From contig JBBJMG010000015.1 in assembly GCA_037720205.1 (NCBI GenBank), forward strand, positions 9,853 to 73,852: a stretch of DNA of 64,000 nt, in the 5' to 3' direction. This stretch comes from Pyrinomonadaceae bacterium. Its GTDB lineage: Bacteria > Acidobacteriota > Blastocatellia > Pyrinomonadales > Pyrinomonadaceae. Each line of letters starts with the position of its first letter. The first letter of the stretch is position 1. The position numbers were made by a program, and so were the translations under genes. Below, in pieces: positions 9,982-20,638 of this stretch. The notes beneath the pieces were generated by a model that was not told where the DNA came from, did no database searches, and was given only the letters and a program-made list of their open reading frames with translations.

Positions 9982-11250
9982 ATGGATATGATCAAAGGAG
10001 CAGAAGCAACCGTGCAAATTCAAAGTAGAGGGTATTTCGCCTTAGTCGGCATAGTATTGATCGCCGCGTTCGTGTCGGCGTGCGGAGGTCCAACGGCAAC
10101 TTCGAACTCGTCGTCCGGCGGATCGGTGGATCCGAATGAGACTGCAGCCAAGGTCAACGGCAAGACGATAACCATGGAGCAGGTCGACCGGGTGGTGAAG
10201 CAGCAGGCGCAAGGCCAGGACGACAAACTCTCGCCCCTCGAACTCGCTGGAGCGCGGCTCCAGGTTCTGCAAAGCCTGGTCGAGCAGGAAGTGATGTTTC
10301 AAAAGGCCGAGAAAGAAGGCGTCGTAATTACCGACGAGGACGTTACGCTTGAACTTAATAAACGGAAGACGGAGAGTGGAAAGTCTGCCGATCAAATTGA
10401 TAAGGAAATGCGCGATTCGGGGGTTACTGAGGCCGTCCTACGTGACTCGCTCCGGAGAGAGATCGCCATCCGTCGTTTGACCGAGAGGACAACGGGTAAG
10501 ATTGAGCCGCCAAAGGACAGCGAAATCGAGGCGTTTTATAACGGGAATAAGGAAGCCTTCGTAAAGAAGAGAGGTGTCAAGCTCGCGGCGATTGTGGTTG
10601 ATCCGACAAATGGCGGCGAAGGTGACACGACCGTCGATGAGCAGTCTGCGGTGCTAAAGGGCAACGAGATTATAAAACGCCTTCAGACAGGAGCAGATTT
10701 TGCCTCGGTCGCGCGTGAGAGCAGCGAAGATCAGACCAAGTTCCAGGGCGGCGATATGGGCTATGTTTCCGAAGAAGAGATGAAGCAGGGTTTCCCGGCA
10801 AATGTCGCGGCAGCGTTGATGAGTCCAGAGTTCGGGATCGGTAAGATCACCACGGCGCAAATGCAGGGTAAATTTTACATTCTGAAGCTCCAGGATCGCA
10901 GTGACAAGGACGAGCCCGTGACGCTTGAGAGTCCTGGAATTCGTCAGCAGGTCACCGACCAGCTCATTAATTCGCGAAAGCAGATGTTGGTCGCGTCGTA
11001 TCAAGCTATCGCGATGAACGAGGCGAAGATTGAGAATTTTCTCGCTCAGAAGGTAGTTGCGAATCCGAACGAACTGAGCGGCGCTCGTCGCGCCGGAAGC
11101 TCGCCTTCGAACACGAATGGAAATACGGCCGCGGCATCGGCGAATCTCGGAAACACCGCGACGGGGACTAATAGTGCGAATTCGGCGAACCGGCCCGCTG
11201 TAAATACTAATACGGGGAACACCTCGACCAACGCTAACCGGCCACGGTAA
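9982..11250 (+). CDS. Parvulin-type peptidyl-prolyl isomerase (SurA/PrsA-like) lipoprotein
   Basis: Signal/lipobox (FVSACGG), SurA-N-like helical region, PPIC/rotamase region (FQGGDMGYVSEEEM), Asn/Thr-rich low-complexity tail. Exact start uncertain. Confidence 0.75.
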   Translation: MDMIKGAEATVQIQSRGYFALVGIVLIAAFVSACGGPTATSNSSSGGSVDPNETAAKVNGKTITMEQVDRVVKQQAQGQDDKLSPLELAGARLQVLQSLVEQEVMFQKAEKEGVVITDEDVTLELNKRKTESGKSADQIDKEMRDSGVTEAVLRDSLRREIAIRRLTERTTGKIEPPKDSEIEAFYNGNKEAFVKKRGVKLAAIVVDPTNGGEGDTTVDEQSAVLKGNEIIKRLQTGADFASVARESSEDQTKFQGGDMGYVSEEEMKQGFPANVAAALMSPEFGIGKITTAQMQGKFYILKLQDRSDKDEPVTLESPGIRQQVTDQLINSRKQMLVASYQAIAMNEAKIENFLAQKVVANPNELSGARRAGSSPSNTNGNTAAASANLGNTATGTNSANSANRPAVNTNTGNTSTNANRPR

Positions 11251-11332
11251 TTGAGAGGATCGGACAATTGATGTAGTCGGTTATTGGCCAAGGGTCTCTC
11301 GGACACCCGGCCGTAACCGGCTACTATTTTTT

Positions 11333-13237
11333 ATGTTATTCAGGCTACAGGAAGTTACAAAATCATATGGCGGAAACGAGATTCTAAAAGGCGTCTCTTT
11401 TCAGGTCAACCCTAATGAAAAAGTGGGCTTGGTCGGGCGTAACGGCGCCGGAAAAACTACGGTCTTCCGCATCATAACCGGCGAAGAGTCGGTCGACGAC
11501 GGGGATTTGATCAAGATTAACGGGTTAAAATTGGGCTTACTCAACCAGCACGTTGATTTTGAAACAGGCGAAACCGTCCACACCGCCGCCCTTTCGGCTT
11601 TCAAAGAAATTCACGATATCGAGGCCGAGATGCGTCGGCTTGAGAAGCAAATGGAGACCGACCATTCGGCGCCCGTGCTCGACCGGTACGCCGATCTCCA
11701 GATTTCATATGAGCAAGCTGACGGATTTTCTTACGCGGCGCGGGCGGAGTCCGTTTTACTGGGATTGGGTTTCCCGCCCGAAACGTGGACGTCGGATGTC
11801 GGTACGCTGTCCGGTGGGCAAAAGAATCGACTGGGAATGGCTCGACTCCTGTTATCGTCCGCCGATGTATTGCTGCTCGACGAGCCGACGAACCACCTCG
11901 ATGTGGACGCTGTCGAGTGGCTCGAGGAATTCCTAAAAGTTTACGAGAAAACCTATGTCGTGATCAGCCACGATAGGTATTTTCTCGACCGCACCACTAA
12001 CCGCGTGATTGAAATGGATCGCGGTTTGGCCGTCACCTACAAAGGCAATTACTCACAGTATCTAGACGAGAGAGAGCTTCGTCGTGAGCAGCAGCTGCGC
12101 GAGTACGAGAATCAGCAGGCGTTTATCAATAAAACGCAGGAATTCATTCGGCGGAATTTAGAAGGGCAAAAGACCAAGCAGGCGAAGTCGCGCCGCACCT
12201 TGCTCGCTCGCATGGATCGGATCGAAGCCGTGACGAGCGAAAAGTCCGGCGGCAACTTTGGTCTGAAACAAGTAGAGCGGACGGGCAACAACGTCCTGAC
12301 GGCCGAGGATCTGACTATCGGCTACGACACAAACGTCCTTGCGGCAGACCTTAACTTTTCTCTCCTTCGCGGCGACGCTCTGGGGATAATAGGCGGTAAC
12401 GGAACGGGGAAGACGACGTTGATTAAGACGTTGATGGGCAGCCTGCCCGAATTGGGGGGCAAGGTGCATTGGGGCACAAAGACGAATGTTGGCTACTACT
12501 CACAGAATCTCGAAGGACTCGAGCCCAGAAACGAAGTCGTGCAAGAGCTGCGCCGCGTCGCGCCTGGCGCGGACAACGTGACGCTGCGGGGATTCCTGGC
12601 GAAGTTTCTGTTTTACGGCGAGGATGTATTCAAACCCGTGTCCGCCCTTTCCGGTGGCGAAAAAGGTCGGCTGGCCCTGGCCAAGCTGATCTATTCGCAA
12701 AAGAATGTCCTAATCCTCGATGAGCCCACTAACCACCTCGACATTCCCAGCCGCGAGTCGCTCGAGAATGCACTTGATGAATACGATGGTACGATCATCG
12801 CGGTCAGCCACGATCGATTCTTTCTCGATAAGATAGCAAGCAAAATGCTTTCGTTCGAAAACGATGGGTCGGTTTTAATTCACAACGGCAATTATACGGA
12901 TTTCCATGACTGGAAGGCTGACCGTGAAGTCGTGGCTATACCATCGCTCCGTGGATCTAAAGAGCTTCCCAAAGGCGAGAAAGAGAGTAGCGGGAACGGA
13001 CGTGGAAACCTGTCTAAGAATCAACGACTTTCACTCGAAAGACGAATCAGGGAGCTCGAGATCGAGATTCCGAAGCTCGAAAATGAGGCCGCCCTTTTAT
13101 CCGAGGAAATGACGGATCCTAAAACCGCAGCCGACTTCCCTAAGTTGTCCAAACTGTCTGATAAGATGAAAAGTGTTGAGTCGCGAACCAAAACTCTTTA
13201 CGAGGAATGGGAAGACGCGTCCGCAGCACTCGGTTAG
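11333..13237 (+). CDS. ABC-F family ATPase (no membrane domain)
   Basis: Two cassettes: Walker A GRNGAGKTT and GGNGTGKTT, signatures LSGGQKNRL and LSGGEKGRL. Charged linker and coiled-coil tail. Confidence 0.9.
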   Translation: MLFRLQEVTKSYGGNEILKGVSFQVNPNEKVGLVGRNGAGKTTVFRIITGEESVDDGDLIKINGLKLGLLNQHVDFETGETVHTAALSAFKEIHDIEAEMRRLEKQMETDHSAPVLDRYADLQISYEQADGFSYAARAESVLLGLGFPPETWTSDVGTLSGGQKNRLGMARLLLSSADVLLLDEPTNHLDVDAVEWLEEFLKVYEKTYVVISHDRYFLDRTTNRVIEMDRGLAVTYKGNYSQYLDERELRREQQLREYENQQAFINKTQEFIRRNLEGQKTKQAKSRRTLLARMDRIEAVTSEKSGGNFGLKQVERTGNNVLTAEDLTIGYDTNVLAADLNFSLLRGDALGIIGGNGTGKTTLIKTLMGSLPELGGKVHWGTKTNVGYYSQNLEGLEPRNEVVQELRRVAPGADNVTLRGFLAKFLFYGEDVFKPVSALSGGEKGRLALAKLIYSQKNVLILDEPTNHLDIPSRESLENALDEYDGTIIAVSHDRFFLDKIASKMLSFENDGSVLIHNGNYTDFHDWKADREVVAIPSLRGSKELPKGEKESSGNGRGNLSKNQRLSLERRIRELEIEIPKLENEAALLSEEMTDPKTAADFPKLSKLSDKMKSVESRTKTLYEEWEDASAALG

Positions 13238-13296
13238 TCTCTCCTCCCGGCTTGGCGTAATGGCCCAAGACGATTCCGTCAGAATACAAGGGATTT

Positions 13297-14880
13297 ATGC
13301 ACGATCCGCTTCGACAGGGCTCTAGAGTGGTATGTTTATGCCTCGCCTTGCTATGCGTATTGCCGAGCCACCCATTCGGGAACGACATCGACGAGCGGCT
13401 CCTCACCTATCAGGAACTCACGAAACTTTATATAAACAGACCTCTTCCGGCCGATTTGGAGTCCCGCCTCGACAACCTGCTCTCGGTAGCATTTGTTACA
13501 AATAGGCCCAATACTAGCCTTCCGCCCTTGTCGAGCCAGGCATCCCTTGGGCAATACATTCGCGTGGCGCATTGGAATATCGAACGCGGAATAGAATACG
13601 ACGCTTTGGAGGCAGCACTTACGAGCGAGGCGAAGTTCGAAGCTTTGCTCAGAACGGACCGTTTTCCGTTGGGCAGGGAGGCCCGGAGGGAGATCCTGGA
13701 TCAGGCTAGTGCGTTGCGGGCGGCGGACGTGATCGTGCTGAACGAGGTCGACTGGGGGATGAAGCGATCTGGTTATCGAAATATTGCCGGCGACTTAGCC
13801 GCACGGCTAAATTTTCATTTTGCCTTCGGCGTTGAATTTGTTGAGCTCAGTCCTGTGTACCTCAACGACAATCCGGAAACCCACGACGAGTTATTCTCGC
13901 TCGATACCGATCGCTATCGGGGCCTGCACGGCACCGCGATTCTGAGCCGATTTCCGCTGGAAAATGTTCGTCTCATACCCTTTAAGAATCAGCCGTACGA
14001 CTGGTTCCGGGAAGAGAAACAAAATGTCAGCATGATCGAGAAGGCCCGTCGGAAATTAATCAAGACGGTGTTTCGAGAGGATGCCTTTCGCGAAGTCAGG
14101 CGTGGCGGGCGCACTGTGCTGCTGGCCGATATCATCGACCCGCGGTTTCCCTCCGGACGAGCGACGATTGCAGCCACCCACATCGAAATCAGGACAACGC
14201 CCAAGCTACGACAGGCCCAATTGGGTGAATTGCTCGACATAATCAAGCCGATCAAAAACCCAGTGATTATCGCTGGTGATATGAATACGTCGGGCCAGGA
14301 TATGACCCCGACTAATCTTAAGCGGGAGATCAGTAAGCGGTTCGGAAAGCCCGAGTATTGGCTGCGGACAGGTGTAAATACTCTGCTCGGACTAGGCCTG
14401 ATCGAGGACGTAATTTCAGCGAGTCTACAGTTCGGCCGCAATCACGGCGACCCGACGGTGAGGCATATTCCCGTAGTAATGCCGAACGAGGAGCGAAGGT
14501 TTTTCTCACAGCTAAAGGATTTCCGATTCGACGATGGCGGATCGATCGACTTTCGAGGGGAGGCAGCTCGCTCAACCAAGGGACGTAGCAATACATTTGC
14601 TAACTCTAACGAGCGTGACGAGAAAGGTTTCGTGACGACCTTCAGATTAAATCGGCCCGTCAAATTCCTCGGAAAGTTTAAGCTGGACTGGATCTTCGTT
14701 AAACCTGTCCACCTTTTTGATCCTTCGGATTATCAAGGTTCATATCTTTTCGCTCCTCATTTCGGCCGAACCCTGGATGCCGTGACTGGTGCTATCGAGA
14801 GCCGCATTTCCGACCATCATCCGATGATCGTGGATCTGCCGCTACTGGAGCCGTCGATCAAAAAAGTGAAGGGTAAATGA
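13297..14880 (+). CDS. Endonuclease/exonuclease/phosphatase (EEP) family protein, secreted
   Basis: N-terminal signal-like segment. EEP-type motifs (VAHWNIERG, VLNEVD, C-terminal SDHHP). Confidence 0.7.
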   Translation: MHDPLRQGSRVVCLCLALLCVLPSHPFGNDIDERLLTYQELTKLYINRPLPADLESRLDNLLSVAFVTNRPNTSLPPLSSQASLGQYIRVAHWNIERGIEYDALEAALTSEAKFEALLRTDRFPLGREARREILDQASALRAADVIVLNEVDWGMKRSGYRNIAGDLAARLNFHFAFGVEFVELSPVYLNDNPETHDELFSLDTDRYRGLHGTAILSRFPLENVRLIPFKNQPYDWFREEKQNVSMIEKARRKLIKTVFREDAFREVRRGGRTVLLADIIDPRFPSGRATIAATHIEIRTTPKLRQAQLGELLDIIKPIKNPVIIAGDMNTSGQDMTPTNLKREISKRFGKPEYWLRTGVNTLLGLGLIEDVISASLQFGRNHGDPTVRHIPVVMPNEERRFFSQLKDFRFDDGGSIDFRGEAARSTKGRSNTFANSNERDEKGFVTTFRLNRPVKFLGKFKLDWIFVKPVHLFDPSDYQGSYLFAPHFGRTLDAVTGAIESRISDHHPMIVDLPLLEPSIKKVKGK

Positions 14881-14887
14881 AGGGCAC

Positions 14888-16357
14888 CTAGGATTCGATC
14901 CTATAATTCGGAGCCTCTTTTGTGATGATGACGTCGTGGACATGAGATTCTCTCAGACCAGCCGACGTCATCCGTACAAATCGAGCGTTCTTTTGTAATT
15001 CGGCGATACTCCTGCAGCCCGTGTAACCCATTCCCGAACGCAGTCCACCGACGAGCTGGGTCACCATCTCAGCGACGGTCCCCTTGTACGCGACCCTACC
15101 CTCGATGCCTTCGGGGATGTACTTCGAGTCATGGGAAGTCTCTTCCTGCGAGTACCGGTCGCTCGAACCCCGTTTCATGGCCCCGATCGATCCCATACCT
15201 CGGTACGTCTTGAAATTTCGGCCCTGGAAAAGAATTACCTCGCCCGGGGCTTCCTCGGTACCGGCGAATAACGATCCAATCATGACGCTATCGGCTCCGG
15301 CGGCGATCGCCTTGGCCACGTCTCCGGAAAATTTTACCCCGCCATCCGCAATTATCGGCACGCCCGTGCCCGCGGCGGCGTTTACGCACTCGACTATTGC
15401 GGAAATCTGCGGCACTCCCGCGCCTGTGACCACCCTCGTCGTACATATCGAGCCAGGCCCTATACCGACCTTCACAGCGTCCACTCCGGCTGATATAAGC
15501 AGTTTGGCCGCCTCACCGGTCGCGACGTTTCCAGCGATGAGCTCAATACCCTCAAATTTGGCCCTAAGGTTTCTCACTGCATCGATGACCCGAGAGCTAT
15601 GCCCATGTGCGGTATCTACAACAATTGCGTCCACCCGGGCGTCAACCAGGGCTGCCGCGCGCTCCATGTAGTCGCCCGTCGCCCCAATGGCCGCTGCGCA
15701 TCTCAGTCGTCCGAGCTCATCCTTCGCGGCGGCCGGGAAGTTGATCGCTTTTTGAATGTCCTTGACCGTTATGAGGCCTTTCAAATGGCCGTTTTCATCG
15801 ACCACAAGTAATTTTTCGATTCGATGCTTCTGCAGTTTGACCTTTGCCTCGTCGAGCGTGGTACCAACCGGCACCGTTACGAGCGGCTGTGGCGTCATGA
15901 TTTCGGACACCGGAATGTCGAACCGAGTTTCGAATCGCAGGTCGCGATTTGTGATGATCCCGACTAGCCTTCCCTGGCCGTCCACAACGGGAACGCCGCT
16001 GATCTTGAACCGGCCCATGATCTCTAGTGCATCTGAAACCAAGCGGTTTTGATCGATGGTTACCGGATCTACGATCATTCCCGACTCACTTCGCTTTACC
16101 TTATCGACCTCCTCGGCCTGGCCCTCCACGCTAAAGTTCTTATGGATGACTCCGATTCCACCTTGTTGAGCGAGGGCGATCGCGAGCGCCGCTTCAGTAA
16201 CGGTATCCATGGCGGAAGAGCACAATGGAATATTTAATTCAATATTCCTCGAAAATCGGGTGAGTGTCTCGACCTCGCCGGGCAGAATCTCGGAGTAGGC
16301 AGGGACGAGCATCACGTCGTCAAATGTTAAACCTTCGCGAATAGTTTTAATGTCCAT
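14888..16357 (-). CDS. guaB: Inosine-5'-monophosphate dehydrogenase
   Basis: Starts [19 protein letters not shown] (ATG at 16357). CBS pair. Catalytic loop [11 protein letters not shown]. Confidence 0.95.
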   Translation of the reverse strand: MDIKTIREGLTFDDVMLVPAYSEILPGEVETLTRFSRNIELNIPLCSSAMDTVTEAALAIALAQQGGIGVIHKNFSVEGQAEEVDKVKRSESGMIVDPVTIDQNRLVSDALEIMGRFKISGVPVVDGQGRLVGIITNRDLRFETRFDIPVSEIMTPQPLVTVPVGTTLDEAKVKLQKHRIEKLLVVDENGHLKGLITVKDIQKAINFPAAAKDELGRLRCAAAIGATGDYMERAAALVDARVDAIVVDTAHGHSSRVIDAVRNLRAKFEGIELIAGNVATGEAAKLLISAGVDAVKVGIGPGSICTTRVVTGAGVPQISAIVECVNAAAGTGVPIIADGGVKFSGDVAKAIAAGADSVMIGSLFAGTEEAPGEVILFQGRNFKTYRGMGSIGAMKRGSSDRYSQEETSHDSKYIPEGIEGRVAYKGTVAEMVTQLVGGLRSGMGYTGCRSIAELQKNARFVRMTSAGLRESHVHDVIITKEAPNYRIES

Positions 16358-16439
16358 AACGGCTATATAAGGATATAAAAAAAAGCCCGCAGCCAAACGC
16401 GCGGACAAAATGCTTCCTACCTCGCTACCGTCAAACCGC

Positions 16440-17444
16440 CTAAGGGCGATTGGTCGCTGCTGGCGGTGGCGTCGCCGCCGGGCGCGGCGTCTGTCGCGGT
16501 GCAGCTGCGGGCGTTGACCGCGGAGTCGGTTTTGGGGCCGTCGTCGGACGAACTGTCGGGGTAGAGGAGGTTCGGACCGGCGTTGCAGCCGCGCTAGGAG
16601 TTACTTCTCCCGTTGCGGTAGGACCACTAGAGCTAACCGCCGCTGGCGGAATCTCAGTTATAATCGATCCCTCACTCCAGATTCTGGCCAAGTTGTTTCT
16701 ATTGATTTCAAACTCAATTGCGTTTCGCCGACCGGCGGTCGGTGAGATCGGCAAACTGATGGCCCTGCCGTTAATAGTCATCTCGACAGCCTTCGCCAGC
16801 GACTTCGAATAGCTAAATTTCAACGTGTCCTTTGCGGAAAACTCCGCCGCGGTACCACGGACCACATTTCGGCCGACCGATTTACCATCTGCCGTAGCGA
16901 GGAGCGACACATCCGCCGACACCGCCCGAAATTCGACGGTGATTGTGGACATATCAGGAGCCTGGGGCTCCACGGGAGATGGCGATTCAACACCCGGCAT
17001 CTCCATCGCAGGGCGCCCGCTGTTCGAGTTGCTCGCGAGTTCCGCCGGTTCGCGGAGATATCTTACAAGAAACAGGATGCCTGCAGAGAAGATCGCGAGT
17101 ATAACGACCGCGAGAATAATCGTAGGCACCATCGACGACGATGATCGGTCGTCCGTCAGAACCTCGGGCCGATAAGTCCTCGGACCGTCCTCTTCCGACC
17201 CCTCGCCATCCGAAATCAGCTGAGTGTACTCTGCGATTGCCTCTTGCTCATTCAAGCCCACCAACTTGGCGAATGTTTTGACGAAACCCTTGTTGAAGAT
17301 GCCGCCGGGGAGTATCTTGTAGTCGTCGTTCTCAATCGACTGCAGATAAATTGACGAAATGCGCGTCTGCTCGGCGACCTCGCTGATCGTGAAGCCCTTC
17401 TCTTCACGGGCAAGCCGCAATTTTTCGCCTAAGGTAGAAGACAT
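16440..17444 (-). CDS. RodZ-like HTH/transmembrane protein
   Basis: N-terminal XRE-type HTH ([30 protein letters not shown]), single TM, Pro/Thr/Ala-rich C-terminus. Architecture of cytoskeleton protein RodZ. Confidence 0.65.
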   Translation of the reverse strand: MSSTLGEKLRLAREEKGFTISEVAEQTRISSIYLQSIENDDYKILPGGIFNKGFVKTFAKLVGLNEQEAIAEYTQLISDGEGSEEDGPRTYRPEVLTDDRSSSSMVPTIILAVVILAIFSAGILFLVRYLREPAELASNSNSGRPAMEMPGVESPSPVEPQAPDMSTITVEFRAVSADVSLLATADGKSVGRNVVRGTAAEFSAKDTLKFSYSKSLAKAVEMTINGRAISLPISPTAGRRNAIEFEINRNNLARIWSEGSIITEIPPAAVSSSGPTATGEVTPSAAATPVRTSSTPTVRPTTAPKPTPRSTPAAAPRQTPRPAATPPPAATNRP

Positions 17445-17579
17445 TTGCCGCGGATCGAACGTGCTTTAGGAAACCTGAGTAACACCAACTTTGTCCCCAA
17501 ATATATCGTTCATTTACGGGCGTTGTCAATTGATTCTAAAGAATTTGCCGCTTGCACAGGCTTTCCGTGGATGATAGCT

Positions 17580-17608
17580 TTGAGCATTGTCGCCCGTGCA
17601 CTTATACT
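17580..17608 (+). promoter_or_regulatory. Candidate sigma70-like promoter of the BMC operon
   Basis: TTGAGC, 17-nt spacer, TATACT, 36 nt upstream of the BMC-H ATG. GAGGA RBS at 17632..17636. Acidobacterial promoter rules are poorly defined. Confidence 0.3.
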
Positions 17609-17643
17609 GAGTGGGAATCAACCTAAATAGTGAGGATTAATCA

Positions 17644-18039
17644 ATGAGTTTAGAGGCTCTCGGAATGGTGGAAACCAAGGGATTTGTGGGCGCGGTCGAG
17701 GCTGCGGACGCAATGGTGAAGGCCGCAAACGTTAAGCTGATCGGAAAAGAGTATATTGGGGCCGGGTACGTTACCGTATTCGTTCGCGGAGACGTCGGAG
17801 CCGTGAAAGCCGCAACAGATGCTGGCGCCGCGGCCGCTCGCAGGGTCGGCGAACTGATAAGCGTCCATGTCATCCCGCGTCCGCACGGCGAGGTGGAGCG
17901 CGTGTTGCCCCGGGGTGGCGCGGTCGGCCTGAGTCCTGACGAGAAGGCTCTGGAGGGTGGGGGCCGCCAGCTCGGAGCGGGAGCTGCGGATACGTCTATC
18001 GACGTTACACCCACGAGCCGAACCCGGAACAAAGCCTAG
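17644..18039 (+). CDS. BMC-H (Pfam00936-type) microcompartment shell protein with ~40-aa C-terminal extension
   Basis: [56 protein letters not shown]...VHVIPRPH is canonical PduA/EutM/CcmK-like. Confidence 0.9.
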   Translation: MSLEALGMVETKGFVGAVEAADAMVKAANVKLIGKEYIGAGYVTVFVRGDVGAVKAATDAGAAAARRVGELISVHVIPRPHGEVERVLPRGGAVGLSPDEKALEGGGRQLGAGAADTSIDVTPTSRTRNKA

Positions 18040-18142
18040 GTTTCCACGGTGGATATGCAACGCGCGCCCGATTTTTAGCCGTTAGCGAAGTTGTTTTAGC
18101 CCAATGAGATGACTCTGTAGAGCGCATTGCCTAGTTGAAAAT

Positions 18143-19882
18143 ATGGGTGGCGACAAGGACCTGATCGGGCAGGAGGAAGCCCGCAACGCGGTTGAGGCCG
18201 CGTCGCTCGCATTTAAGGCTGTCTCCATCATGGGCCAGGCTCGGATCGATGCGATCTGTGAGGCTATGTCCGCTATAGCTCTTGCCAACGCGGAAAGTCT
18301 CGGTCGGATGGCGTGTGAGGAAACCGGTTTTGGGCGAGCCGAGGATAAACGCGAAAAGAACCGCTTCGCCGCCGTGGATGTCTGGAATTATTTCCGAGAT
18401 CTGAAGACGGTGGGTGTTGTCCGCGAAAGCAAGAGCGTCGTGGAAATCGCCAGTCCGCGGGGCGTAGTCGCCGCGATCATCCCCTCGACAAATCCTACCT
18501 CCACAGCTATCTACAAGATCATAATTGCGATCAAGTCTCGGAATACGATCGTTCTATCTCCGCATCCCTCGGCCGCAAGATGTATAGCGGAGACCGTCCG
18601 GATCATGCGTCAAGAGGGTGAGAAAGCGGGCCTTCCGGCAGACTCAATCATCTGCCTAACTACACCCACGATAGACGGCACCGAGACACTGATGAAGCAT
18701 CGCAAGACTGCCGTCATCCTCGCTACGGGCGGTATAGGGTTGGTACGGGCGGCGTATTCGTCGGGAAAGCCGGCCTTCGGTGTCGGGCCGGGAAATGTGC
18801 CGGTTTTTATCGAACGTACCGCGAATATCGAAAAAGCCGTGGCGGATATTTTGACGAGCACCTGTTTTGACAACGGGACGATCTGCGCCTCAGAGCAGTC
18901 CGTCGTGGTGGATCGTACGGTCGAATCACAGGTTCGAGATCAGTTCACGCTACAGGGCGGCCACTTCTTGGACGAGGCCGAGTCGGCCGCGGTCGGCAAG
19001 ATTCTGTTGACGCCGCAACGTACTTTGAATGCCGCCATCGTAGGGAAATCCGCAGCCTTCATTGCGAATCTTGCGGGCGTGCAAGTCCCCGACGGCACAC
19101 GATGCTTGCTCGCGGATTGTGCCGGCGTGGGGCGCGATTTTCCCTGGTCGATTGAAAAGCTCTCGCCTACCCTCGCGTTTTTTGTAGCTGACGGCATCGC
19201 AGCCGCGGCGGCCAGGTGTCAGGAAATTTTGCGATTTGGCGGCATGGGGCACACTGCGGGCATGCATACACAGGATCGAGGCGCGGCAATCGAGTATGGC
19301 CAGGCAATGCCGGTCGCCCGTGTAATCATTAATTCACCCACGACACACGGAGCCATTGGTTTCTCGACCGATCTCACGCCGTCAATGACTCTGGGTTGTG
19401 GATCGTGGGGCGGTAACGTAACCTCTGACAACATCTCGCCGATGCATCTGATGGATATCAAACGTGTCGCCTTTGAGACGAAACCGGTCAATGCCCCAGT
19501 CGCCAAGCCAAACGCGGAGATCCCATTGGGTCAAGGGAATAGGCCAAAACCGAATCGTGACGAAATCGCAGCGATCGTCGATAGTTTTCTTAGTAAAAAA
19601 CTGGCTGGAGCCCACCCGCCCGCGCCGGCGATAGTCAAACCGGACGTTCCGGCCGAACCGCTGCTCCAGCCGTCGGCGGCCGTCACAACCGTTGTCCACC
19701 CCATCACTCCGGAGAATTCCGCCCAAAAGCCAGTCCCAATCGCAACGGTCGACTTTGTGAGCGAGGACGACGTACGCCAAGCTATCGAAAAAGGCGAGAA
19801 AATTTACATCTCCAAGAAGACGATCCTTACGCCGTCCGCTCGTGATCTGGGCGACGAGAAATCCGTATTTGCCGTGATTTGA
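18143..19882 (+). CDS. CoA-acylating aldehyde dehydrogenase (EutE/PduP-like) with ~130-aa C-terminal extension
   Basis: [15 protein letters not shown] catalytic-Cys motif and overall EutE/PduP-like sequence. Pro-rich linkers, an amphipathic helix and a terminal module follow the catalytic domain. Confidence 0.85.
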   Translation: MGGDKDLIGQEEARNAVEAASLAFKAVSIMGQARIDAICEAMSAIALANAESLGRMACEETGFGRAEDKREKNRFAAVDVWNYFRDLKTVGVVRESKSVVEIASPRGVVAAIIPSTNPTSTAIYKIIIAIKSRNTIVLSPHPSAARCIAETVRIMRQEGEKAGLPADSIICLTTPTIDGTETLMKHRKTAVILATGGIGLVRAAYSSGKPAFGVGPGNVPVFIERTANIEKAVADILTSTCFDNGTICASEQSVVVDRTVESQVRDQFTLQGGHFLDEAESAAVGKILLTPQRTLNAAIVGKSAAFIANLAGVQVPDGTRCLLADCAGVGRDFPWSIEKLSPTLAFFVADGIAAAAARCQEILRFGGMGHTAGMHTQDRGAAIEYGQAMPVARVIINSPTTHGAIGFSTDLTPSMTLGCGSWGGNVTSDNISPMHLMDIKRVAFETKPVNAPVAKPNAEIPLGQGNRPKPNRDEIAAIVDSFLSKKLAGAHPPAPAIVKPDVPAEPLLQPSAAVTTVVHPITPENSAQKPVPIATVDFVSEDDVRQAIEKGEKIYISKKTILTPSARDLGDEKSVFAVI

Positions 19883-19886
19883 AAGA

Positions 19887-20246
19887 ATGCCCGAGGCGAT
19901 TGCACAACAACTGGCGTGCGCAGCGTGCGCGGCCGAGGTCCGGGCGGGCACGGTCTTCTGCTATAACTGCGGTGCAAGCCTTATCGGGAGTAGGCCCGAC
20001 GGACCGCACGAGTCCGTCTCTGAACCCGAATTGGCAATTCCTTTGTCCAAGGTCGAACGCGACTCGACCGGCGGACGAAGGACGAAGGCGGCTACGGAAC
20101 GAAAGATATCGCGGGGAACTCCCCGCATGGCGAAAGAATTTAAATGGGAGCCGGTCGAAGATTCGTCCTGGTCCACAATTTTAATTTCTGTCGTGATTTT
20201 TGCGATTTCCGCTACCGTTGTGATGCTCGTGGTCATCTGGCGATAG
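19887..20246 (+). CDS. Zinc-ribbon protein with C-terminal transmembrane anchor (unknown function)
   Basis: CAAC-x10-CYNC zinc ribbon at the N-terminus and a hydrophobic C-terminal helix (WSTILISVVIFAISATVVMLVVIW). Starts 4 nt after the AldDH stop. Confidence 0.6.
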   Translation: MPEAIAQQLACAACAAEVRAGTVFCYNCGASLIGSRPDGPHESVSEPELAIPLSKVERDSTGGRRTKAATERKISRGTPRMAKEFKWEPVEDSSWSTILISVVIFAISATVVMLVVIWR

Positions 20247-20308
20247 AGAGGGAAGAGTTGTAGACCTAATTCTTTGCACCGGGCGTGAAAACGCGCTAAT
20301 TTCTAGTT

Positions 20309-20629
20309 ATGAATGCACTCGGTATGGTGGAATGTTTTGGCCTTGTCGCAATGATCGAGGCCGCCGATGCGATGGTTAAATCGGCAAACGTTCAATTGGT
20401 CGGCTACGAACGCATCGATGCGGGGCTAGTCACAGCTATCGTCCGAGGCGAGGTTGGGGCCGTGAAAGCCGCCGTGGATGCAGGCGCCGCGGCCGGCCGC
20501 CGCGTCGGTACGGTTGTCGGCACGCACGTCATTCCCCGCCCGCACGATGAAGTCGACGATGCGATTGAGGTGCTTAGGACGGGTAAAACCACTCGCAAGA
20601 AGATCTCCGGCAGCGTTCCGGAAAAATAG
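20309..20629 (+). CDS. BMC-H microcompartment shell protein (second paralogue) with basic C-terminal tail
   Basis: [56 protein letters not shown]...HVIPRPH. Ends [14 protein letters not shown]. Confidence 0.9.
   Translation: MNALGMVECFGLVAMIEAADAMVKSANVQLVGYERIDAGLVTAIVRGEVGAVKAAVDAGAAAGRRVGTVVGTHVIPRPHDEVDDAIEVLRTGKTTRKKISGSVPEK
20585..20623 (+). repeat. Copy A of the 39-nt segment encoding [13 protein letters not shown] (3' end of the second BMC-H gene)
   Basis: Hand alignment with 21176..21214: 34 of 39 nt identical. All 5 differences are synonymous (AAG/AAA, TCC/TCA, AGC/TCC, GTT/GTC). Confidence 0.9.
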
Positions 20630-20638
20630 GAGAGATTT

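Noticed and set aside
11040-11250. Asn/Thr/Ala-rich tail of the PPIase, and similar Pro/Thr/Ala tails of the RodZ-like, TonB and SecF proteins.
   Set aside because: Low-complexity linkers and tails recur in many proteins of this window. This is most likely a lineage-wide compositional habit rather than a specific feature.
20594-20614. The RKKIS core of the shared tail read as a basophilic kinase (R/K-R/K-x-S) phosphorylation site.
   Set aside because: This is a short-motif match only. No Ser/Thr kinase or phosphatase is in the window, so it is too speculative for a finding. It is kept only as a possible explanation for the strict conservation of Ser.
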